DNA of 64,000 nucleotides from an uncultured bacterium (lineage in GTDB: Bacteria > Babelota > Babeliae > Babelales > Vermiphilaceae), in contig OY969561.1 in assembly GCA_963701085.1 (NCBI GenBank), forward strand, positions 480,001 through 544,000, read 5' to 3'. The notes below the pieces were generated by a model that searched no databases, had not been told where the DNA came from, and worked only from the letters and a program-made list of their open reading frames with translations. The number at the start of each line of letters is the position of its first letter. Positions within the stretch are counted from its first letter, which is position 1. Both the position numbers and the translations under genes were made by a program. Below, piece after piece: positions 20,098 to 29,074 of the stretch.

Positions 20098-22098
20098 ATG
20101 AAACAATATTCAAAAAAATTGTTTTCATTAGTTGTGCTTTGTAGCACAGCAACAATCGCACTCGCTGACTGCTGCGATAACGACGACAATGGTAACCACG
20201 TTGTACCATTTATCCAATGGCGTTCACAAGGTAGAAACATGGCTCGTAAGTTAGAAGGAACAACGAGCTTTGCTGTTTACCAAGGCGACATGGATAACAA
20301 CTATGGTACATTCAATATGACCGTAGAATACGACCAATCTTTCAGAGGCAAAAACATTGCTGAATGTCTTTTTGGTAACAGCTTAGTAACTGCACCAGCA
20401 GCACCAACAAATAACAGCTGCAACAATGACTGCGACAATAGTTGCAACAGCACTCTCATAATTTCTGGTAAAAATACTGCAACAAGAGCAGCAACAGATT
20501 GGTTGGCAGAAAACTTCCTGCTTCCACGTGATTTCAAAAGTGCCATTTCCTTCAGTCCAAAAGTTCAAAGCGTAATAGTTGATTTTAACTTATTCGTTGG
20601 ACTTGATAGATGGGTAAATGGTCTTTATTTCAGATTATACGGACCAGTTGTTTGGAACAAATCAAGCTTACGTGCTAATGAAACTATAATCAACCAAGGA
20701 ACTGTTGCCGGTGGATCATATTCACAAGGTTACTTTGATGCTGATGCTCCTGTAGCAAGCACATCACTTTTCCAAAGCGCACTCAATTTCTTTGGTGGAT
20801 GCCAACTTCCAAAATATACTGACCAAAATGTTGTAGTCCAACCATTGAATTTTGCAAAATTCTCTGATTGCAATTTCAATGCAAACAACAACAATAACAG
20901 CTGTGATAATGATTGCAACGGAACATCACATCACAAAACAGGATTTGCTGAATTACGTGGTGAATTTGGATGGAACTACATTCAAGAAAAATACCGCTTA
21001 ATGTTGAACATCCAAGCAGCAGCTCCAACAGGAACTCGTCCAAATGCTGAATTCCTATTGCCAGCATACGTTGGTAACGGTAAGCATTGGGAACTTGGTG
21101 GTGGATTTGGTGGAAGTTGGAAAATGTGGGGCAGTGAAGATGGTGAAAAATCATTCAACTTTATCGTTGAAGCTGATATAACTCACTTATTCAAAGCAAA
21201 ACAAAAAATGACCTTTGATCTCAAAGGCAAACCAAACAGCCGTTACATGCTTGCAGAACAACTAGTAACTCCTGCAGCTGACGACCAACTTGTTCCTAAT
21301 ACTCCAACGTTTGATGTAAACGGCAAAGGGCTTTACATGCCAGTTGCAAACTTCAGTACACGTGATGTAAAAGTTGGCTTTGGTGTACAAGGTGATGTTG
21401 TTGCAATGTTCAACTACACACACCGCAACTTCTCATGGGATATTGGATATAACTTCTGGGGCATGTCATGTTCAGAAGTCAGCCTTTCTTGCGATGACAA
21501 CTGCAACGACTCAGATGATTGCAACCCTATAATAATTCCATTCCCTGCAAACATGGCGCTTAAAGGCGATGCGAGCATAGCTGGTTACAATGAAAATGCT
21601 CTTCTACCACCTACCGAATTTACCTTTGGTCTTGGTGCAACAGAAAGCAAAGCAACAATCTTTACTGGTACTAATGTTGGATTCGCAGCACCAGCAGGAC
21701 TTTCTAACCCTGGCATAGACAATCCAATTCCTGCAGTAGCTGCAGTTGGATCAGCAAACCCTGGTCCTTTATTTGTATTTGGTAATATTGGCACTGAAGT
21801 AATCAACACATCTAACCCGCCAGTGTTCATATCTATCGATGATCTTGATGTAGAAGGTGCTGAACAACGTGGACTTTCCAACAAAGTGTTCACTCACTTC
21901 AACTACACTTGGACAGATCGCGATAAATGGGTTCCTTATGTAGGTGTTGGTTTTAGTGCTGAATTTGGTAAGCATAGCGGTAATGATGATTGCTCAACAA
22001 CACCAGTTACAACATCATCAAATGATTGCTCTAGCTGTCACAGCTGTGCATTATCTCAATGGGGTGTTGAAGTTAAAGGTGGCGTATCATTCCACTAA
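20098..22098 (+). CDS. Paralog family member 2, Cys/Asn/Asp-rich, possible major outer-membrane protein
   Basis: AAGGAG SD, signal peptide, family motifs, ends SQWGVEVKGGVSFH. Confidence 0.85.
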   Translation: MKQYSKKLFSLVVLCSTATIALADCCDNDDNGNHVVPFIQWRSQGRNMARKLEGTTSFAVYQGDMDNNYGTFNMTVEYDQSFRGKNIAECLFGNSLVTAPAAPTNNSCNNDCDNSCNSTLIISGKNTATRAATDWLAENFLLPRDFKSAISFSPKVQSVIVDFNLFVGLDRWVNGLYFRLYGPVVWNKSSLRANETIINQGTVAGGSYSQGYFDADAPVASTSLFQSALNFFGGCQLPKYTDQNVVVQPLNFAKFSDCNFNANNNNNSCDNDCNGTSHHKTGFAELRGEFGWNYIQEKYRLMLNIQAAAPTGTRPNAEFLLPAYVGNGKHWELGGGFGGSWKMWGSEDGEKSFNFIVEADITHLFKAKQKMTFDLKGKPNSRYMLAEQLVTPAADDQLVPNTPTFDVNGKGLYMPVANFSTRDVKVGFGVQGDVVAMFNYTHRNFSWDIGYNFWGMSCSEVSLSCDDNCNDSDDCNPIIIPFPANMALKGDASIAGYNENALLPPTEFTFGLGATESKATIFTGTNVGFAAPAGLSNPGIDNPIPAVAAVGSANPGPLFVFGNIGTEVINTSNPPVFISIDDLDVEGAEQRGLSNKVFTHFNYTWTDRDKWVPYVGVGFSAEFGKHSGNDDCSTTPVTTSSNDCSSCHSCALSQWGVEVKGGVSFH

Positions 22099-22168
22099 TA
22101 ACGGATGCTCATTATTGTTGTAGCGTTAGGTAAATTACCTTAACAAAGCAAACAAAAAACGAATACTC

Positions 22169-22198
22169 AAAAAGGCTTAGCTCATGCTAGGCCTTTTT
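22169..22198 (+). terminator. Intrinsic terminator
   Basis: AAAAAGGCTTAGC-TCAT-GCTAGGCCTTTTT. Confidence 0.8.
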
Positions 22199-22210
22199 GC
22201 TTTTGACCCT

Positions 22211-22382
22211 CCTCCTACGCCAAGGCTTCGGCGGACAGGCAATTTTCATTACGCTTCAGTCGGGGACCCCATTATCCTTCGATACATTTTTGAAGACAAA
22301 AACACTCAGGATGAGCGGAAGAAAAAATAATTTGTACCTTACGCCGCTCGCCCTGAGTGCCCCGTAGGGGCGTATCAAAGGG
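22211..22382. repeat. Repeat cluster: family B unit (22211-22240), GGGGACCCC motif, two family A units with hairpin-expanded loops
   Basis: CCTCCTACGCCAAGGCTTCGGCGGACAGGC; TCCTTCGATACA..CACTCAGGATGAGCGG; CCGCTCGCCCTGAGTGCCCCGTAGGGGCGTATC. Confidence 0.85.
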
Positions 22383-22459
22383 TTTACAAAGATGATGCAA
22401 TCGTACTATATTAGGCCATAAGAAATATATGTATCACACACTTAAGGAGTAGAGAGAGT

Positions 22460-24283
22460 ATGAAGAAACAATCACACAAGTTATTATTATTAACCGCAAT
22501 TGCGTATACTGCTGGAATCCATGCATGTGCCGCTCCAACAGAATTCCGCGTAGCACCATTTGTGCAATGGCGTTCACAAGGCAGAGACACCGCACGTAAA
22601 TTAGTAGGCACCACCAGCCACCATGTCTACTTACATGATATGGAATCATTTTATGGCACCTTCAACATAACCCCACAATACGATCAAACGTTCAGAGGAA
22701 AAGAACTTGCTGAATGTTATTTTGGATCAAGTTTAATTAATGATGAAACACTCACTATCACCGGTACTGCAGCTACCCCAACTAACATAACCAGAGATTG
22801 GATGGCAGAAAATTTCTACCTTCCACGTGATTTTAAAAGCACCATCACCTTTGCACCAAAAGTCCAAGACTTTTTAGTTGATTTTAATCTCTATGTCGGC
22901 CTTGATGAATGGGTTAAAGGTATGTACTTCAGACTTTATGGCCCAGTCGTCAACAACAGAGTAAGCCTCCACCCATGTGAGAATATAGAACAAGAAGGAA
23001 CCATTGGATATGCCGCAGGATTTTTTAGTCAAAATACCGTTCCGGCAAACACATTACTCCCATCAGCACTTGCATTTTTCAGTGGAAACACAACCATTGT
23101 TGTTCCAACAATTATCGCTGATCCTTTATTAAAATCAAAAATAGCTGATCACAAAAAAAGTACTACAGGCTTTGCTGAATTGCGCGGTGAATTTGGATGG
23201 AACTATCTCGATGAAGATTACCACGTTGGATTTAACGTACAAGCAGCTGCACCTACCGGCACGCGCCCACACGGCGAATTTCTTTTTGAATCACAAGTTG
23301 GTAACGGTAAACATTGGGAGCTTGGCGTGGGCTTAAGCGCGCACTGGACAATGTGGCGCAGTGAAGATGATGAACGTCATCTTGATTTTGTTTTTGAAGC
23401 GGACGTCACTCACTTATTTAACGCATCACAACAACGCACTTTTGATCTTATTGGTAGACCAGACAGCCGCTACATGCTCGCTTCTAAAATGAATCTTAAA
23501 CCTACCACTAATCTTTTTGGTAATACAGAACCAGATCTTGGTATTACTGGCACCATAACACAAGCATCATCACAATTTAACGCTGAATATTCTCCGGTGG
23601 CAAACTTCAGCACCCGTGATGTTGACGTCAGCATTGGTGTACAGGGTGATATTGTTGCCATGCTCAATTACACTCATCATGGTTTTTCATGGGATCTTGG
23701 CTACAACTACTGGGGTATGTCACATGAACATATTGAACTGCGTGATTCAGACTGCGCACCAGTATTCCCTGCAAATACCTGGGCACTCAAAGGTGATGCG
23801 CAAACATATGGTTTTATAGCAAATGCCGCAACTGCCGTTCCATTATCTGGCACAGAAAGCCTTGCAACTATTCATCAAGGAACCAATGTTCTCAAGGCAC
23901 CTACTGCTGCCAACACAAATCCTGGCGTTGATAACAATCAATTTGCACAAGATATGGCCAACGGAGGCGATATACTGACTGTTTCTCCAAATACCGCTAC
24001 TCCTCAGATTCAAACTTCTATTCAACCAATATTCATTACAGCAGATGATCTTAATATAAGCGGCGCGGAAACTCGTGGATCATCAAACAAACTGTTTACC
24101 CACTTCAGTTATACATGGGTAGACCGTGAAGATTGGATTCCATATCTTGGCATTGGTGGCGAGGCTGAATTTGGCAATACCAGTCAAGATGATAATAATG
24201 ATAGCGGTTCTTGCGATAATGGTATCAGCTGCGCATTATCTAAATGGGCCATTCTTGTTAAAGGCGGCGTATCATTTGATTAA
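22460..24283 (+). CDS. Paralog family member 3 (closest to member 2)
   Basis: QWRSQGRDTARKL, AENFYLPRDFKS, GFAELRGEFGWNY, SKWAILVKGGVSFD. Confidence 0.85.
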   Translation: MKKQSHKLLLLTAIAYTAGIHACAAPTEFRVAPFVQWRSQGRDTARKLVGTTSHHVYLHDMESFYGTFNITPQYDQTFRGKELAECYFGSSLINDETLTITGTAATPTNITRDWMAENFYLPRDFKSTITFAPKVQDFLVDFNLYVGLDEWVKGMYFRLYGPVVNNRVSLHPCENIEQEGTIGYAAGFFSQNTVPANTLLPSALAFFSGNTTIVVPTIIADPLLKSKIADHKKSTTGFAELRGEFGWNYLDEDYHVGFNVQAAAPTGTRPHGEFLFESQVGNGKHWELGVGLSAHWTMWRSEDDERHLDFVFEADVTHLFNASQQRTFDLIGRPDSRYMLASKMNLKPTTNLFGNTEPDLGITGTITQASSQFNAEYSPVANFSTRDVDVSIGVQGDIVAMLNYTHHGFSWDLGYNYWGMSHEHIELRDSDCAPVFPANTWALKGDAQTYGFIANAATAVPLSGTESLATIHQGTNVLKAPTAANTNPGVDNNQFAQDMANGGDILTVSPNTATPQIQTSIQPIFITADDLNISGAETRGSSNKLFTHFSYTWVDREDWIPYLGIGGEAEFGNTSQDDNNDSGSCDNGISCALSKWAILVKGGVSFD

Positions 24284-24307
24284 TACTTGCACAACATGCA
24301 ATGAGAT

Positions 24308-24335
24308 AAGGCTGAGCTTATGGCTCAGCCTTTTT
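24308..24335 (+). terminator. Intrinsic terminator
   Basis: AAGGCTGAGC-TTATG-GCTCAGCCTT-TTT. Confidence 0.8.
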
Positions 24336-24343
24336 AACGATTA

Positions 24344-25231
24344 TTATTTTGTACATTCATAGACAACAGTATCATCATACATAGATGGCGTACCCGTACG
24401 ATCATAAGCTTTTATTTTTTTTATCTGCTTAAAACCAACCTCTCCAAGCAAAGCATCCATCTCTCCCGGTTGATAAAGTTTAATAGGATAATACTCCATT
24501 TCCGTTTTAAGTATTTCGGTTCTACTCATAAGCTCATAGCGTAATATTAATGGTGCTACTGAATTTTCTATGGGAAGAGGAAGTACGCTCTCAATAATAA
24601 TATTTCCATCAGGTCTTTTATACGCTTTTCCACTCCATAAACCAATATGTTCTGCTCGTGAATGATTTGTCTGAAGATCAAGAACAAAAATACCTCCCTT
24701 CTGCAATAATGCATATATTCTTTGTAAACACTTTTTGATATGCACTCGATCCTGAAAAATGCAAAATGAGGTATCAGGAATAAAAATAAGATTATACTTT
24801 TTTGCCTGTCCGACGAAGCCTTGCCTGCGCTTTGAAGCCTTGGCGAAAGAGGGGCGAAGTAGGGGAGCAGGGGCTACTTCCAAAAACTGCTCCCACACAT
24901 GAGGAGAAAGTTTTTTTTGCGCGCATTTGCTACGTAGCGCATGCAACATATGCGATGAAGCATCAAATCCTTCTACGTTAAATCCTTCTTCCAACAATGG
25001 AATCAAATAACGTCCCGTTCCACACATTGGTTCTAAAATTGGCCCCGATGATTGCGCAACATATTCCCGAAAAAAAGCATATTCTTTGACTGGCGGCTTT
25101 GGTTTATCAAGGTCCCAAAATTCAGTACACAATCCTTTATACTGTGGCAAACTTAACTCATTCTTAGCATAGCAATGCATAACTAAAAAAAAGACCATCA
25201 ATAAACTTATACGGTGCTTTTTCATAACCAT
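24344..25231 (-). CDS. Class I SAM-dependent methyltransferase with signal peptide and in-frame repeat insert
   Basis: ILEPMCGTGR, VEGFDAS, LLQKGGIFVLD; insert APAPLLRPSFAKASKRRQGFVGQAKK. Confidence 0.88.
   Translation of the reverse strand: MVMKKHRISLLMVFFLVMHCYAKNELSLPQYKGLCTEFWDLDKPKPPVKEYAFFREYVAQSSGPILEPMCGTGRYLIPLLEEGFNVEGFDASSHMLHALRSKCAQKKLSPHVWEQFLEVAPAPLLRPSFAKASKRRQGFVGQAKKYNLIFIPDTSFCIFQDRVHIKKCLQRIYALLQKGGIFVLDLQTNHSRAEHIGLWSGKAYKRPDGNIIIESVLPLPIENSVAPLILRYELMSRTEILKTEMEYYPIKLYQPGEMDALLGEVGFKQIKKIKAYDRTGTPSMYDDTVVYECTK
24804..24865. repeat. Nested family B repeat inside methyltransferase CDS
   Basis: GCCTGTCCGACGAAGCCTTG[...TGAAGCCTTGGCGAAAGAG...]GCGAAGTAGGGG. Confidence 0.75.
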
Positions 25232-25410
25232 CTCCCATTATTAAATTTTAAATAATAGCAATATGTCATCATATTCAATTATGCAATAATCTAAAGGGGT
25301 GAGTCAAGACAAACAACTTTTTTCATCTTTTTTATCGACCATTGCCTTTTTTTAGCCAACCTGCTAATGCTAATACTGTACCAATGAGCGCTTTAAAAAA
25401 AGGAAAACAC

Positions 25411-27192
25411 ATGAAAACAAAGTATCTCTCCCCCCTCGCGCTTACGATTATTTCCATTTCATCAATAAATGCAGAACAACACGTAGCAACATCTTTTAAC
25501 ACACGCTCAATATCCCGTAACGCTGCACGCGATCTTGCCGGTTGGACAAATTATATTAATAAAGACAGTTCTCGCGACACGGTCTATGGTGCCATCAGCG
25601 TAACACCAGAATACAACCATACTTTTAACAGCAGCGCCATTACGCGAACACTTTTTGGTGATAATTTAAGTGGTAATAAAAAGTGCCAGCATCTCACAAT
25701 TTCTGGTTCTCAAGTAAATAATCGTGGACCACAAGATTTACTTGCAGATTACTTCTACTTACCAACTGATTTTGAAAGTACCGTACAATTTAAACCAGTT
25801 ATTGATAACGTGATTATTGATTTTGGTTTTTACCTTGGTCTTGATGCATGGACAAAAGGACTTTATTTTTGGCTTCATGCACCATTTGCACATACACGCT
25901 GGGATCTTAATATTGATGAAACCGTTAGTAACCCTGGCATAAATAACGCAGAACAAGGTTATTACACACCAGATACATTACCACGCAATCTCCTTCTTGA
26001 TAGATTTACCGAATTTGCAAATGGTCTTTCTGTACCAAACACAGAAAATATAGGGTTTGAAGAACTCAACTTTGGTAAAATGAGCAATAAACGGCTTATT
26101 AAATCACGCCTTGCTGAAATCCGTACCGGTATTGGATGGAATTTTTTTGCGGAGCAGAACTATCACTGCGGATTTAATGGTCAACTTGCTGCACCAACCG
26201 GGCTACGACCAGATGCAGAATTTTTATTTGAACCACTTGTGGGTAACGGACATTTCTGGGAACTTGGTTTTGGCCTCAACGGACACTACAACTTTTGGCA
26301 TAACCAAGATGAAACTGCTCACTGCTCATTCTATGGAGACATCAATATTACACATCTTTTTAAAACGCGCCAAGCACGCTCATTTGATCTTACAACCGGT
26401 GGCACACTGAGTAGATACATGCTTGCAATGGAAATGATATCACCAGCAGTTAATCTCCAGGGACCCACCGGTGATATTCCGTCAGCACAATTTGATAATA
26501 ATTTTATACCACTCGCCAACATTACCACACTTGATGTTGAAGTAAGTATTGCGGTACAAGCAGATATTGTTTTAATGTTCAACGTAACAAGAAATAACTT
26601 CAGCTTTGATCTTGGCTATAATTACTGGGGACGCTCTGCCGATCACATCACATTACGAAGCAATGAATCATTTGCGGAAAAAACATTTGCACTAAAAGGT
26701 GATGCGCATGTCTTTGGATTTACCCCAAACTCAACTGGGTTTACCGCACTTTCTGCAACAGAAGACAAAGCAACCATCCATGCAGGTACAAATTTTACCT
26801 CACCAACTCCTGCAACGAACCCTAATATTGATTTTCCACAACAAGCAATTAATAAACCGGAAATAGGTCCCGGTATTAATTTACTGTATGCACAAAATCT
26901 GCCTAACGTTCCTGCCAATTTTATTAACACATCAATACCTCCAATATTTATTACCCGCAATGATCTTAATCTTGAAGGTGCACAAACAGCGGGATCATCC
27001 AACAAACTATTTAGCCATATTTCTTACACCTGGAATGATAAAACAGAATGGCAACCATATCTTGGTGTTGGTGGTGAAGTTGAATGGGGCAGCAAAACTA
27101 AAAGCAGTTGCAAGCCCTGTAACGACCATGTTCCACAATGCAGCACATCGCAATGGGGTGTATGGGTTAAAACTGGCGCAACTTTTAATTAA
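25411..27192 (+). CDS. Paralog family member 4
   Basis: ARDLAGW, LLADYFYLPTDF, APTGLRP, GNGHFW, SRYML, KGDA, SQWGVWVKTGATFN. Confidence 0.85.
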   Translation: MKTKYLSPLALTIISISSINAEQHVATSFNTRSISRNAARDLAGWTNYINKDSSRDTVYGAISVTPEYNHTFNSSAITRTLFGDNLSGNKKCQHLTISGSQVNNRGPQDLLADYFYLPTDFESTVQFKPVIDNVIIDFGFYLGLDAWTKGLYFWLHAPFAHTRWDLNIDETVSNPGINNAEQGYYTPDTLPRNLLLDRFTEFANGLSVPNTENIGFEELNFGKMSNKRLIKSRLAEIRTGIGWNFFAEQNYHCGFNGQLAAPTGLRPDAEFLFEPLVGNGHFWELGFGLNGHYNFWHNQDETAHCSFYGDINITHLFKTRQARSFDLTTGGTLSRYMLAMEMISPAVNLQGPTGDIPSAQFDNNFIPLANITTLDVEVSIAVQADIVLMFNVTRNNFSFDLGYNYWGRSADHITLRSNESFAEKTFALKGDAHVFGFTPNSTGFTALSATEDKATIHAGTNFTSPTPATNPNIDFPQQAINKPEIGPGINLLYAQNLPNVPANFINTSIPPIFITRNDLNLEGAQTAGSSNKLFSHISYTWNDKTEWQPYLGVGGEVEWGSKTKSSCKPCNDHVPQCSTSQWGVWVKTGATFN

Positions 27193-27198
27193 TATGTT

Positions 27199-29034
27199 AT
27201 GAAAAAAAAAATTATAGTTATTTTAATTTTATTTTCATTTCTCACGCACGCACAAAACACGCAGGTTATTACCTTCATCTCACCACGCTCACAAGGCTTT
27301 AATACACCACGCGTGATATCAGGGTGGGATACCATTACCCATTGCCCTGAACAAAACAAAATGTATAGCACCTATGGATTTGCTCTAGAAACAACAACCA
27401 CATTCCGTCCAGAACGGATCAACCAATGCTTATTCGGACAAAACATTGTCAGGCGGGGTAAAGATGATACGGAATGGAAAGATTTTATTATAGTATCAGG
27501 TAGCCAAACAGAAGATCGCGCTCCCCAAAAAGATTGGTTAGCTGATTATTTTGGCCTTCCAACAGATTTTAAAAGTAGAGTGCACTTTCGGCCACGAGTA
27601 AACAACGTGATTGTAGAAGCACAATCTTTTTTTGGTTTTAACAACATCAAAAAAGGATTATATGCGGAAGTTTTTTTACCAATCGTCTACACCAACTGGG
27701 AACTTAACCTCAATGAAATCGTCATAGACCGTGGCACCAATGGCTACGCTCCCGGATACTTTAATCCAGATGGCGTTGAAAGAAAAAATCTTGTCTCTTT
27801 CTTCAGTCACTATATTTCTGGATGTGTCGTTCCCAACATCACTGACCTTACATTCCAACCACTTACCCATGGCAAAATGGCACTTCATTCACGCCGAACA
27901 GTGCACTGTGCTGAATTACGAGCAAATCTTGGCTATGATCATTTTATTCATGATGAACATCATGTTGGCGTAAAAATGCAACTCGCGCTCCCTTTGGGTA
28001 ATCGTCCAAAAGGCGAATATCTTTTTGAACCAATTGTCGGCAACCAACATCACTATGAACTTGGCCTGGGGATCACCGCGCATGCCCTTGCATGGGAAAA
28101 TGAAAGAACGAATGAAAAAGTTGATTTATTTCTCGACGTAACCGCTAACCATATGTTCAAATCTCATCAGCGCCGCGCATTTGATTTAAAAGAAAAACCA
28201 AATAGCCGTTACATGCTTGCAGAAAAAATGACACCGAATATCATCAATAATCTAACAGGAAATAATGTAATCCCAATTGCGCAATTTGATCGTGAAGTTA
28301 CTTCAATCGTCAATTTTACCACGCGTGATATTGCAGTAAGTGTTAACGTACAAGCCGACGTTGCATTAAGTTGTTCATATACCAAAAAAAGTAACTATTG
28401 GACGTTCGGTTACAATGCATGGAAGCGTGGGTGTGAAAACATAACACTCAAACATTGTAACAGTTTTCCTGAAAATATCTGGGCTATCAAAGGTGATGCA
28501 CATGTATATGGTTTTGTTGCCCAGCAACCTAATCCAGCTGATTTACCTGTTGGTACCGCCGTAGCATTATCTGCAACAGAATCAGATGCAACAATTAATT
28601 ATGGTACTAACTTACCAAAACAAGGAGTGAGCGCTGATCCAGCGCAACGGGCAATACAGATAACCAATGCACAAAGAAACCCTAAAATTGATAATCCTCA
28701 ACCAGCATTTGCCGGCAACAACCAATACCTTGTTGCATCAACTAGTGATCTTTCTACTACAAACCAAATCAATACATCAATTCAACCAGTTCTGATTAAT
28801 CAAGCAGATCTTGATATTAACAGCGCCGCAACAAGTGGCTTTTCTCATAAAATATTTACTCATTTTAATCACACCATTGCCACGTTAGGACGCGCCGCAG
28901 CACATATTGGTTTTGGTTCTGAAATTGAATTTGGTAGACAAGCAGGCCCTCCTCCCGCTATTGGCGATGACAAGTGTATTAACTGTGCATTCTCAAATTG
29001 GGGTTTTTGGATAAAAGGTAGTGTTTGTTGGTAA
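27199..29034 (+). CDS. Paralog family member 5
   Basis: PRSQG, WLADYFGLPTDF, YLFEP, NSRYML, IKGDA, SHKIF, SNWGFWIKGSVCW. Confidence 0.85.
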   Translation: MKKKIIVILILFSFLTHAQNTQVITFISPRSQGFNTPRVISGWDTITHCPEQNKMYSTYGFALETTTTFRPERINQCLFGQNIVRRGKDDTEWKDFIIVSGSQTEDRAPQKDWLADYFGLPTDFKSRVHFRPRVNNVIVEAQSFFGFNNIKKGLYAEVFLPIVYTNWELNLNEIVIDRGTNGYAPGYFNPDGVERKNLVSFFSHYISGCVVPNITDLTFQPLTHGKMALHSRRTVHCAELRANLGYDHFIHDEHHVGVKMQLALPLGNRPKGEYLFEPIVGNQHHYELGLGITAHALAWENERTNEKVDLFLDVTANHMFKSHQRRAFDLKEKPNSRYMLAEKMTPNIINNLTGNNVIPIAQFDREVTSIVNFTTRDIAVSVNVQADVALSCSYTKKSNYWTFGYNAWKRGCENITLKHCNSFPENIWAIKGDAHVYGFVAQQPNPADLPVGTAVALSATESDATINYGTNLPKQGVSADPAQRAIQITNAQRNPKIDNPQPAFAGNNQYLVASTSDLSTTNQINTSIQPVLINQADLDINSAATSGFSHKIFTHFNHTIATLGRAAAHIGFGSEIEFGRQAGPPPAIGDDKCINCAFSNWGFWIKGSVCW

Positions 29035-29074
29035 AGGCATTTAAAAATGAAATGCATTAAAAAAAGGAATTTAC

